Assembly (NCBI GenBank): GCA_964187785.1
Contig: OZ076409.1
Coordinates: 75,518,001 to 75,582,000 of the forward strand
DNA length: 64,000 bases
Source: Amphiscolops sp. MND2022
Lineage: Eukaryota
Direction of reading: 5' to 3'
The notes beneath the pieces are model-generated. The model was not told the DNA's origin, ran no database searches, and was given only the letters and a program-made list of their open reading frames with translations. A program made the translations under genes and the position numbers. Below, piece by piece: positions 1-11,500 of the stretch; position 1 is the stretch's first letter; every line of letters begins with the position of its first letter.

Positions 1-242
1 CGACATTTTCATAGAGTTAAATCTTGGTAATCTGTCTGGATATGCAGAAAAACCAGTACGTGCTTTTTTATACCAAGTTGCTTACAACGACAATTATTTT
101 ATATCAACGCCCCCATATTTATCAACGCCCCCCGTCCGTGGGCATGCCGAGGCATGCCCTTCGACGACGTATACCAAAATATGTTCGAGCGCGTTAGCCT
201 AGGTGCCGGGACTTCTATTCGATAAAGTATGTGGCGCGCCTT

Positions 243-254
243 GGGTAGGGTCCC
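243..254 (+). other. Conserved head motif GGG(T/G)AGGG(C/T)CC (representative copy)
   Basis: Found about 40-50 bp after the junction in all four families (243, 6654, 42752, 44147) although the surrounding sequence differs. Confidence 0.85.
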
Positions 255-310
255 TTGCGCGCTCTTGGGTATGGTGTTCACCAGCTAGGAAACAGGGGTC
301 GATTTTTCGG

Positions 311-591
311 GATCTCCTAAACTAGCCACACGATTTGGCTGAAATTTGGCACACGTACCCCCCTCGGCACGGTGAAGATGATTTCCTACTGACGTTTTTC
401 CCGCAAAATTTTTTTTGTTGTCCAAAATAACGGTTTTTGGGGTAAAATTTCGAATTTTTTTTAAATTTTATCTTATATCTCGCCACGGGTTTACGCTAGC
501 GCTTCAAAACCCTGCTAAAGAAAGCTCGCAAACTGTCTCAGGAATGCGGTGTGAAATTTTCAGCTCAATCGGACTCAAACTCAGGGAGATA
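311..591. repeat. Imperfect inverted repeat pair in the 5' part of family A units (representative copy)
   Basis: 311-354 GATCTCC...CGATTTGGCTGAAATTTGGCACAC versus 549-591 GTGTGAAATTTTCAGCTCAATCG...GGAGATA. Confidence 0.75.
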
Positions 592-1176
592 TAGCGTTTT
601 TCCGGAGCGGGGGGGTTTCATTTTTCTAACGGTCCAGCTTATCTTAGCCATTTTTTCGAAAATGTACTCGCCTAAAGACCTCCCCTGGCCGGTTTTATTC
701 CCAGCAAAACCATTTGGCCCTAAATACGGAGTTTCAGCGTTCCAGCATTCCCGGGCGAAAAGTTGTGGGACTTAGAAAATTTCAAAAATTTTCAAAATTT
801 TTTTTTTCCGTTTTCCGCCCTCCCCCCCTAGGGGAAAAGACCCCCCAACCAGTAATTTGAGTGATTTCATGTGGAAAGGCCATGTTTAGAGGAGAAAAAA
901 GCCGTTTAGAACGTCTTTTTATCTTGGCTCAACGTTGACTTATGACGTTTTGAAGGTGATGTTTGGAGGTGTAAAGCACGTGAATAGTAAACGTTATGAG
1001 TATTTATCTGATCTGAAAGCCATTGAGATGCAACCTGTTTTGCTCAAAACGTAATTCATTGCAGTTTGGCAGTCAATCATCACCCTTTGTTGTCGTTTGA
1101 CATACTTTTTTGTTGTTATAATAAAAAATTTTGTGTATTAATTCATTTTTTTCTCATCAAATAACTTGAAACAGTT

Positions 1177-1221
1177 GAGTACATTCCATCCCCCCTTCAC
1201 GGGGGAGATGAGAATGTACTC
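1177..1221. other. Conserved long hairpin of family A (representative copy)
   Basis: Consensus GAGTACATTC-CATCTCCC-loop-GGGAGATG-A-GAATGTACTC, roughly 250-290 bp before the junction in every complete A unit. The loop is variable. Confidence 0.9.
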
Positions 1222-1391
1222 GCAAAAAGCCCCGAACTACGGCCCTTACCTTCCTGAGCTACGCAGTATAAAGATTGCATATTGGTTCCGACATTTTGAT
1301 AGAGTTATATCTTGGTAATCTGTCTGGGTATGCAGAAAAACCAGCACGTGCTTTTTTATACCAAGTTGCTCACAACGACATTTATTTTATA

Positions 1392-1493
1392 TCAACGCCC
1401 CCATATTTATCAACGCCCCCCGTCCGTGGGCATGCCGAGGCATGCCCTTCGACGACGTATACCAAAATATGTTCGAGCGCGTTAGCCTAGGTG
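1392..1493 (+). other. Conserved terminal module (representative copy): TCAACGCC x2, GGGCATGCC-GA-GGCATGCCC palindrome, TTCGACGACGT, variable tail, CTAG|GTG
   Basis: The palindrome lies at 1428-1447 here and is present before 44 of 48 junctions, in families A, B and C. Confidence 0.92.
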
Positions 1494-4400
1494 CCGGGAT
1501 TTCCATTCGATAAGGAATTCTGCGCGTGTGGGTAGGGCCCCTGGCGCGCTCCTGTGTTTTCGGTTTTCCTACTCCTAAATAGGCCCCCTGAATTCCGGGA
1601 TCTCGTAAACTAGCCATACGATTTGGCTGAAATTTGGCACACGTACCCCCCTCGGCACGGTGAAGATGATTCCCTACTGACGTTTTGCCCGCTAAACATT
1701 TTTTGTTGACCAAAATAACGGTTTTTGGTGGAAAATTTTTGATTTTTTTTAAATTTCATCTTATATCTCGCCACGGGTTTACGCTAGCGCTTCAAAACCT
1801 TGCTGACGAAAGTTTGCAAACTGTCTCAGGAATGCGGTGTGAAATTTTCAGCTCAATCGGACATAAACTCGAGGAGATATCGCGTTTTTCCGGAGCGGGG
1901 GGGTTTCATTTTTCTAACGGTCCAGCTTATCTTTGCCATTTTTTCGAAAATGCACTCGCCTAAAGGCCTCCCCTGGCCGGTTTTACTCCCAAAAAAACCA
2001 TTTGGCCCTAAATACGGAGTTTCAGCGTTCTAGCATTCTCGGGCGAAAAGTTGTGGGACTTAGAAAATTTCAAAAATTTTCAAAAAAATTTTTTTTTGTT
2101 ATTTGGGCCCCCAAAGTGGGGGAAAGGACCCCCCAACCATTAATTTGAGTGAAAGCATGTGCAAAGCCCTTGTATAGAGGAGAAAAATGCCGTTTAGAAC
2201 ATCTTTTTATCTTTACTCAACGTTGACTTATGACGTTTTGAAGGTGACCGTTAGATATGGAAAATTGATGTTTTGAGTATTTATCTCATCTGAAAGCCAT
2301 TGAGATACAACATGTTTTGCTCAAAACGGGTTTCATTGCAGTTTCGCTGTCTATTAACACCCTTTGGTGACTTTTGACATGTTTTTGCTTTTATATAAAA
2401 CCAATTTTTTGTGCATTTTTTCTTTTTTTTCATCTAATATCTTGAAACAGTTGAGTACATTCCATCTCCCTTCCCGGGGGAGATGAGAATGTACTCGCTA
2501 AAAGCCAAGAACTACGGCCAATACCTTCCCGAGCTACGCACTACAATTATTGCATATGCATGCAGACCTTTTGATACATTTTTATCTTTGTAGATTGACT
2601 GGAAAAACCGAAAACTCTGTCCTGATTATACAAAGTTTCCTCACAACGACACATGTTTACGTCAACGCCCCATAGTTCTTATCAACGCCCCCCGTCCGTG
2701 GGCATGCCGTGGCATGCCCTTCGACGACGTGCACCAAAATATATTCGAGCGCGGTAGCCGCTAGGTGCCGGGATTTCTATTCGATAAAGTATGTGGCGCG
2801 CCTTGGGTAGGGTCCCTTGCGCGCTCTTGGGTATGGTGTTCACCAGCTAGGAAATAGGGGTCGATTTTTCGGGATCTCCTAAACTAGCCACACGATTTGG
2901 CTGAAATTTGGCACACGTACCCCCCTCGGCACGGTGAAGATGATTTCCTACTGACGTTTTGCTCGCAAAATTTTTTTTGTTGTCCAAAATAACGGTTTTT
3001 GGGGTAAAATTTTGAATTTTTTTTAAATTTTATCTTATATCTCGCCACCGGTTTACGCTAGCGCTTCAAAACCCTGCTAAAGAAAGCTTGCAAACTGTCT
3101 CAGGAATGCGGTGTGAAATTTTCAGCTCAATCGGACTTAAACTCAGGGAGATATAGCGTTTTTCCGGAGCGGGGGGGTTTCATTTTTCTAACGGTCCAGC
3201 TTATCTTAGCCATTTTTTCGAAAATGTACTCGCCTAAAGACCTCCCCTGGCCGGTTTTATTCCCAGCAAAACCATTTGGCCCTAAATACGGAGTTTCAGC
3301 GTTCCAGCATTCCCGGGCGAAAAGTTGTGGGACTTAGAAAATTTCAAAAATTTTCAAAATTTTTTTTTCGGTTTTCCGCCCTCCCCCCCCGAGGGGAAAA
3401 GACCCCCCAACCAGTAATTTGAATGAATTCATGTGGAAAGGCCATGTTTAGAGGAGAAAAATCCCGTTTAAATCGTCTTTTTATCTTTATTCAACGTTGA
3501 CTTATGACGTTTTGAAGGTGATGTTTGGAGGTGTAAAGCACGTGAAAAGTAAACGTTATGAGTATTTATCTGATCTGAAAGCCATTGAGATGCAACCTGT
3601 TTTGCTCAAAACGTAATTCATATCAGTTTGGTAGTCAATCAACACCCTTTGTTGTCATTTGACATCTTTTTTTGTTGATATAAGAAAAAATTTCGTGTAT
3701 TTATTCATTTTTTTCTCATCAAATAACTTGAAACAGTTGAGTACATTCCATCCCCCCTTCACGGGGGAGATGAGAATGTACTCGCAAAAAGCCCCGAACT
3801 ACGGCCCTTACCTTCCTGAGCTACGCAGTATAAAGATTGCATATTGGTTCCGACATTTTGATAGAGTTATATCTTGGTAATCTGTCTGGGTATGCAGAAA
3901 AACCAGCACGTGCTTTTTTATACCAAGTTGCTCACAACAACATTTATTTTATATCAACGCCCCCATATTTATCAACGCCCCCCGTCCGTGGGCATGCCGA
4001 GGCATGCCCTTCGACGACGTATACCAAGATATGTTCGAGCGCGTTAGCCTAGGTGCCGGTGTTTTTTTACACAAAGGGGGATGTTGCGCGTGTGGGGAGG
4101 GTCCCTGACGCGCTCCCGGGATTTCGGATTTTTTAACCTTTACGTACCCATCAAAAATTTTGGGATCTCGAAAACTAGCCGTACGATTTGGCTGAAATTT
4201 GGCACACGTACCCCCCTCGGCACGGTGAAGATGATTCCCTACTGACGTTTTGCTCGCTAAACATTTTTTGTTGACCAAAATAACGGTTTTTGGGGTAAAA
4301 TTTTCAACTTTTTTTAAATTTCATCTTATATCTCGCCACGGGTACACGCTAGCGCTTTCAAACCTTGCCGACGAAAGTTTGCAAACTGTCTCAGGAATGC

Positions 4401-6614
4401 TGTGTGAAATTTTCAGCTCAATCGGACTAAAACACGAGGAGATATAGCGTTTTTCCGGAGCGGGGGGGTTTCATTTTTCTAACGGTCCAGCTTATCTTTG
4501 CCATTTTTCCGAAAATGTAATCGCCTAAAGGCCTCCCCTGGCCGGTTTTATTCCCAGCAAAACCATTTGGCCCTAAATACGGAGTTTCAGCGTTCCAGCA
4601 TTCCCGGGCGAAAAGTTGTGGGACTTAGAAAATTTCAAAAATTTTCAAAATTTTTTTTTTCCGTTATTTGGGCCCCCAAAGTGGGGGAAAAGACCCCCCA
4701 ACCAGTAAAGCAAGTGAATGCATGTGCAAAGCCCTTGTTTGGACGAGAAAAATGCCGTTTAGAACGTCTTTTTATCTTGGCTCAACGTTGACTTATGACG
4801 TTTTGAAGGTGATGTTTGGAGGTGTAAAGCACGTGAATAGTAAACGTTATGAGTATTTATCTGATCTGAAAGCCATTGAGATGCAATATGGTTTGCTCAA
4901 AACGTAATTCATGGCAGTTTGGCAATCAATCAACACCCTTTGTTGTCGTTTGACATACTTTTTTGTTGTTATAAAAAAAAATTTTGTGTATTTATTCATT
5001 TTTTTCTCATCAAATAATTTGAAACAGTTGAGTACATTCCATCCCCCCCTTCCGGGGGAGATGAGAATGTACTCGCAAAAAGCACCGAACTACGGCCCTT
5101 ACCTTCCCGAGCTACGCAGTATAAGGATTACATATTGGTTCCGACATTTTCATAGAGTTATTTCTTGGTAATCTGTCTGGATATGCCGAAAAATCAGCAC
5201 GTGCCTTTTAATACCAAGTTGCTCACAACGACAATTATTTTATATCAACGCCCCCATATTTATCAACGCCCCCCGTCCGTGGGCATGCCGAGGCATGCCC
5301 TTCGACGACGTATACCAAGATATGCGTTAGCGCGGTAGCTGCTAGGTGGCCGGGAATTTTTTTTTCAGCAAAATCTTTGCCGCTGGGGGAGGGGCCCCGG
5401 GCGGCTGTTAACCGGAATTCATACTATGCAAAACCTATCACAATTCTCAGATCTCAGGATCCAGCCTGTAGGATTCGCTCAAATTTGGCACAGAGCCTCC
5501 TTGAAAGATTATAAGAACTTTTTCCTAGTGGCGTTTTTCGATTGAAATATTTTATGTTGACCAAAATTGCGTTTAAAATGCCCATTGTTGCGTTTTTATT
5601 GTCTTTTTCGAATTTGACGGTCCATAACTTTTTTTGAGGTGCTCGGAGCGGGTCGCACGTGGAGAACAATAGTACTCAGCACTAAAAGGGGAGTGCGTGA
5701 ACAAAATTTCGTCCAAATCGGATGAAAATTGGATGAGTAATAGCCGGAAATTTGGCGCATTTTGTCGACTTTTTTCGAAAACCCAGTCTATCTCTGCCGT
5801 TTTTTGCCCAGATTTTTTTCCAGGTCCTCGCCTAAAGGCCTCCCCTGGCCGGTTTACATCCCAAAAAAGCCGTTTGGCCCTTTTGCCGCAGTTTCAGCGT
5901 TCCAGCGTTTCCCGAATAAAAGATAAATGACTTAGAATTTTTTCAAAAAATGTTCAAAATTTTTTTTTTCAATTTCAGGCCTCCCAAAGTCAAGAAACTT
6001 CTACACAACTAGTATTGCAAGTGAATGCATGTGGAAAGTGCATGAATAGACGAGGAAAATGAGCTATTATAAAACTCTGTAGCTTAACCTGACGTTGACT
6101 TATGACATTTTTAGTGTGAGCTTCCTATGTGCTAAAAAATCAAAAAAACGTAAGTCTCTTTGAAAACAAATCGGAATACGTCCAGTCAACCCCAGAGCTG
6201 GTACATTGCCGTTGTCTAGTGCAGCAACGCCATTTAGAGTCTTTTGACCCACTTTGATACCGTTTTGATACCGTCTTATTCATCCGATAGCACAAAACTG
6301 TTGCGTACATTCCATCTCCCCCTTTATGGGGGAGATGAGAATGTACCCGCTAAATGACACGCACAATGGCGCAATTTTATTTTTTTACAATGTTTTCTAG
6401 GCTTTCGCGCAAGCCCACTAATATTTAGACTGGTTTTTTCCTCTTTCACTCCAAACTTTCCCTACTAACCACCTTACACACCATCAGCTCAACGTTACTT
6501 CTGTAACGTCAACGCCACATACTCGCATCAACGCCCACCGTCCGTGGGCATGCCGAGGCATGCCCTTCGACGACGTATGCCCATTAGCGCCACAGGGCGC
6601 CCAATTTTTTCTAG

Positions 6615-8580
6615 GTGCGGGGGGGAAACCCCTTCCTTTATCTTGGAGGATTCGGGTAGGGTCCTGAATCCGATTTTAGTTCGCCCAGCTCTCAGTAGAA
6701 ATCTGGGAAATTTTTTGCGATCTCGTGATCTAACCATAGGATTTTAAAGTTGGAGCGGCCCCCACCAGATTTTCCAAAGTTATTCGCCCCCCACCGGGTT
6801 CCAGCGTGATTGAAATATTTTGACGGGGTACACGGGCGACCGTTAGGGGTCATTTTGGGGGTAAAATTTATATCCGGTCGCATAACTTTTTTCCTGTTGG
6901 ATTAAAACTTTGGGACCCTGCTAAAAGTTTCTTGACCGTGTTGCGGGGGCTCCGGAGGTCCAAACCAAATTTTTCTATCTTGAAGCTATCTCCAAGTACC
7001 CCCCCGCCCAAAACGTTATTTTTCCGGAAACGCAGGTTTTTGACCCGGAAGGAGTCGTCGGAGCGCGGGGTCGTTAGGTGATGTATTGGGGACGGCCTTG
7101 AGACGAAGTGGGGGACATGCAGTTTGCCAACCCCAGTTTACCCCCCGGACGGGAAATGACCGTTATATGAGCGGGAAAAATGCCCCCCTCCACGTTTTAC
7201 CGCTATTTCCGGTGTGAAGGAGTGGGAGTAGCGCGTCGGGTGCCATATATCAAAAGTAGGTTTGAACAAGGAACTATCGGAAACATGTGGTTTGGGACCC
7301 CCTGGACCAACCCGTTAGCGGGAAATGGGGCTTCCGCCTCCTTTTTTTACTGCTAAAACAGTAAAATGGGCATTGAGGGGTAAATATCTCGTGAACGCGT
7401 GGAGCTACGGTGTCCATCACTACTACAAGGTTTCATACCCATGATATGGTGCCTTCAGGGGGGCAAACAGATTTCCGCTATCTATCACCGTTACCGACTT
7501 GGCCCCCCAGCCTAACCGCTATGTGACCGGAAATGTCACTTTTTGAGCCCAAAGGGTCGGTCCCAGCCGGGGAACGTTAGGTAAATTACTGTAGTACTCA
7601 ATGAGACGAGTTGGGGGATATAGTTTCAGTCACCCCCCGTTACCCCTTGGGACCGGAAATGACCGTTATGTGGGTAAAATTGCAATTTTTATACTTTTTC
7701 AAGTGTATTTAGGTGCGGAAGGAGTGGTAATAGGTGCTTGGACACTATATGAGGTAAGGGAGGACGTGAGGCGAGCATTCGGAAATAACCGTTATGTTGA
7801 CCCTAAAGTCCCCCTGGTACCGTAAACGACCGGAAATGGTCAAATTTTGTGTCTATTGGGTACAAATGTTTAGTATTTTGTAGATAAAAGTATCTATTAG
7901 GTGTTTCGACGGTCTGCAGTAGTGAACATAGTCATGAAACCTTGTGGGGGGTAACGGTATATAGCACCGGAAGTCCAAACCGTTGGTGACAGGATAGGTT
8001 TTTTGGTTTTAAAATGTCTTTCGGCGTACCTTTGTCGACTATTAAGGACTATTTTTAAAAATTAAAGATTTTCCATATAGTTTCAGAGACCTCGAAACCT
8101 CAACCAACATAACCGTTACCTCATGATAGCCTTTCAAGTTGGCCTGGTGTCAACTTGGAAGGGCTATCCTTCAAAAATCGTCAATCAAGTGTGTTTTTGG
8201 GTATGTTTGTATCATTTTAGAATCAATTAGAGCTTCAAGAAAAGTTTCCCAACAACAAAAACTATGTCGTGAAGATTCCGTTACTAGAATTATAGTAAGC
8301 AAATTGTTGAGAAAATTTTTTTTTCCAAATTAAATGTGTCCTAAATGCCAGGAAACCTATTTTACTAACAAATAGTATTGATTGGAATGTATGTAACAGA
8401 TTTATAAAAGTTCAAATTATTAAGTTTCATTATGGAAGCTGAAACGTAATATTTTAGTTTAATTAACGTCAACGCCACATACTTTACATCAACGCCCACC
8501 GTCTGTGGGCATGCCGAGGCATGCCCTTCGACGACGTATACCAAATACATACCTAACGACGCCCGTACATCCCGGGCTAG
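6615..8580. mobile_element. Family B unit (1966 bp), putative non-autonomous mobile cassette
   Basis: Body is not alignable by eye to family A. It starts GTGCGGGGGG, has GGGTAGGGTCC at +40 and ends in the shared palindrome module plus CTAG. It is homologous to 16274-18246, 24670-26640 and 29223-31195. The repeat is certain; mobility is inferred. Confidence 0.7.
8125..8168. other. Long imperfect hairpin of family B (representative copy)
   Basis: GATAGCCTTTCAAGTTG-gcctggtgt-CAACTTGGAAGGGCTATC, present with minor changes in all four B units. Confidence 0.8.
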
Positions 8581-11500
8581 GTGCCGGGATTTCTATTCGA
8601 TAAAGTATGTGGCGCGCCTTGGGTAGGGTCCCTTGCGCGCTCTTGGGTATGGTGTTCACCAGCTAGGAAACAGGGGTCGATTTTTCGGGATCTCCTAAAC
8701 TAGCCACACGATTTGGCTGAAATTTGGCACACGTACTCCCCTCGGCACGGTGAAGATGATTTCCTACTGACGTTTTTCCCGCAAAATTTTTTTTGTTGTC
8801 CAAAATAACGGTTTTTGGGGTAAAATTTTGAATTTTTTTTAAATTTTATCTTATATCTCGCCACGGGTTTACGCTAGCGCTTCAGAACCCTGCTAAAGAA
8901 AGCTTGCAAACTGTCTCTGGAATGCTGTGTGAAAATTTCAGCTCAATCGGACTCAAACTCGGGGAGATATAGCGTTTTTCCGGAGCGGGGGGGTTTCATT
9001 TTTCTAACGGTCCAGCTTATCTTTGCCATTTTTTCGAAAATGCACTCGCCTAAAGGCCTCCCCTGGCCGGTTTTATTCCCAGCAAAACCATTTGGCCCTA
9101 AATACGGAGTTTCAGCGTTCCAGCATTTCCGGGCGAAAAGTTGTGGGACTTAGAAATTTTCAAAAATTTTCAAAATTTTTTTTTTCGTTATTTGGGCCCC
9201 CAAAGTGGGGGAAAAGACCCCCCATCCAGTAAAGCAAGTGAATGCATGTGCAAAGCCCTTGTTTGGACGAGAAAAATGCCGTTTAGAACGTCTTTTTATC
9301 TTGGCTCAACGTTGACTTATGACGTTTTGAAGGTGATGTTTGGAGGTGTAAAGCACGTGAATAGTAAACGTTATGAGTATTTATCTGATCTGAAAGCCAT
9401 TGAGATGCAATATGGTTTGCTCAAAACGTAATTCATTGCAGTTTGGCAATCAATCAACACCCTTTTTTGTCGTTTGACATACTTTTTTGTTGTTATAATA
9501 AAAAATTTTGTGTATTTTTTCATTTTTTTCTCATCAAATAACTTGAAACAGTTGAGTACATTCCATCCCCCCCTTCCGGGGGAGATGAGAATGTACTCGC
9601 AAAAAGCACCGAACTACGGCCCTTACCTTCCCGAGCTACGCAGTATAAGGATTACATATTGGTTCCGACATTTTCATAGAGTTATATCTTGGTAATCTGT
9701 CTGGATATGCCGAAAAATCAGCACGTGCCTTTTAATACCAAGTTGCTCACGACAACAATTCTTTTATATCAACGCCCCCATATTTATCAACGCCCACCGT
9801 CCGTGGGCATGCCGAGGCATGCCCTTCGACGACGTGCACCAAGATATGCTATAACGCGTTAGCCTAGGTGCCGGTGTTTTTTTACACAATGGGGGAAGTT
9901 GCGCGGTTGGGGAGGGTCCCTGACGCGCTTCCGTGGTATCGGGTCTTTCAACCGATGAAAACGACATAAAAAATTGGGATCTCGTAAACTAGCCATACGA
10001 TTTGGCTGAAATTTGGCACACGTACCCCCCTTGGCACGGTGAAGATGATTCCCTACTGACGTTTTGCCCGCTAAACATTTTTTGTTGACCAAAATAACGG
10101 ATTTTGGGGTAAAATTTTCAACTTTTTTTAAATTTCATCTCATATCTCGCCACGGGTACACGCTAGCGCTTCCAAACCTTGCTGACGAAAGTTTGCAAAC
10201 TGTCTCAGGAATGCTGTGTGAAATTTTCAGCTCAATCGGACTTAAACTCGAGGAGATATAGCGTTTTTCCGGAGCGGGGGGGTTTCATTTTTCTAACGGT
10301 CCAGCTTATCTTTGCCATTTTTTCGAAAATGCACTCGCCTAAAGGCCTCCCCTGGCCGGTTTTATTCCCAGCAAAACCATTTGGCCCTAAATACGGAGTT
10401 TCAGCGTTCCAGCATTCCCGGGCGAAAAGTTGTGGGACTTAGAAAATTTCAAAAATTTTCAAAATTTTTTTTTCCGTTATTTGGGCCCCCAAAGTGGGGG
10501 AAAAGACCCCCCAACCAGTAAAGCAAGTGAATGCATGTGCAAAGCCCTTGTTTAGAGGAGAAAAATGCCGTTTAGAACGTCTTTTTATCTTGGCTCAACG
10601 TTGACTTATGACGTTTTGAAGGTGATGTCTGGAGGTGTAAATCACGTGAATAGTAAACGTTATGAGTATTTATCTGATCTGAAAGCCATTGAGATGCAAT
10701 ATGGTTTGCTCAAAACGTAATTCATGGCAGTTTGGCAATCAATCAACACCCTTTGTTGTCGTTTGACATACTTTTTTGTTGTTATAATAAAAAATTTTGT
10801 GTATTTGTTCATTTTTTTCTCATCAAATAACTTGAAACAGTTAAGTACATTCCATCCCCCCCTTCCGGGGGAGATGAGAATGTACTCGCAAAAAGCAGCG
10901 AATTACGGCCCTTACCTTCCCGAGCTACGCAGTATAAGGATTACATATTGGTTCCGACATTTTCATAGAGTTAAATCTTGGTAATCTGTCTGGATATGCA
11001 GAAAAATCAGCACGTGCCTTTTAACACCAAGTTGCTCACAACGACAATTATTTTATATCAACGCCCCCATATTTATCAACGCCCCCCGTCCGTGGGCATG
11101 CCGAGGCATGCCCTTCGACGACGTATACCAAGATATGCGTTAACGCGTTAGCCTAGGTGGCCGTGTCTTTTCGACGTGCTTTTGCATTGAGGAGTGGGTA
11201 GGGCCCCGCGACGACCTAGAAGAATTGGATGCTCACCGAAACGTGCAGAATTCTACGAGATCTCATAGTTTGAGCCATACGATTTTGCTGAAATTTGGCA
11301 TGTGGCCTGGAATTGGTGAGTAGGTAAAACGTGGAGGTGATTTTTCCCAAATTCCACTGTGAGACGAGATATGGGCAAATAACGGTCCCAAAAATGGCAA
11401 AAATGCACTTTTTTCAACTTTGTCAGCCCATATCTCGTTCCCAGGTGCCCGGAGCGGGACGCGTTAAGCTGATTATAAACTCTAGGGTGTTGAGGCTGTA

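Larger units (their letters stand above)
1..6614. repeat. Family A units (~1.28 kb): partial unit plus units 1-5
   Basis: Units 203-1490, 1491-2764, 2765-4052, 4053-5345 and 5346-6614 share ordered blocks, with small variations in the diverged unit 5: CGATTTGGCTGAAATTTGGCA, CCTAAAG(G/A)CCTCCCCTGGCCG, AGTTTCAGCGTTC, ACGTTGACTTATGAC, the GAGTACATTCCATC hairpin and the terminal palindrome. Confidence 0.95.

Noticed and set aside
122..170. CRISPR-like palindromic repeat
   Set aside because: The period is 1.3-2 kb, the intervening DNA is homologous between units rather than unique 30-40 bp spacers, and there are no cas genes.
1222..1391. Variable segment after the long hairpin as a guide or spacer cargo
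   Set aside because: The variants start with related sequence (AAA(A/G)...(A/G)(A/T)ACTACGGCC-like) and recur as subtypes. They look like diverged homologues, not independently acquired spacers.
203..1490. Firm classification as a canonical Helitron
   Set aside because: The 3' CTRR and a GC-rich palindrome fit. However, units start GTG rather than TC, the palindrome is about 40 nt from the end, four units lack it, there is no A|T target and no RepHel gene is present. Kept only as a hypothesis.
203..1490. Bacterial integron attC cassette array or kinetoplast minicircle concatemer
   Set aside because: There are no cassette ORFs, no GTTRRRY/RYYYAAC cores at the junctions and no intI. The kinetoplastid CSB-3 (GGGGTTGGTGTA) was not seen. 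The integron comparison is an analogy only.
11441..11450. Internal junction look-alikes (CCAGGTGCCC in some A subtypes; TTAGGTGCGG near 7708 in B)
   Set aside because: They lack the upstream palindrome and the downstream head motif at the expected spacing, and no unit begins or ends there.
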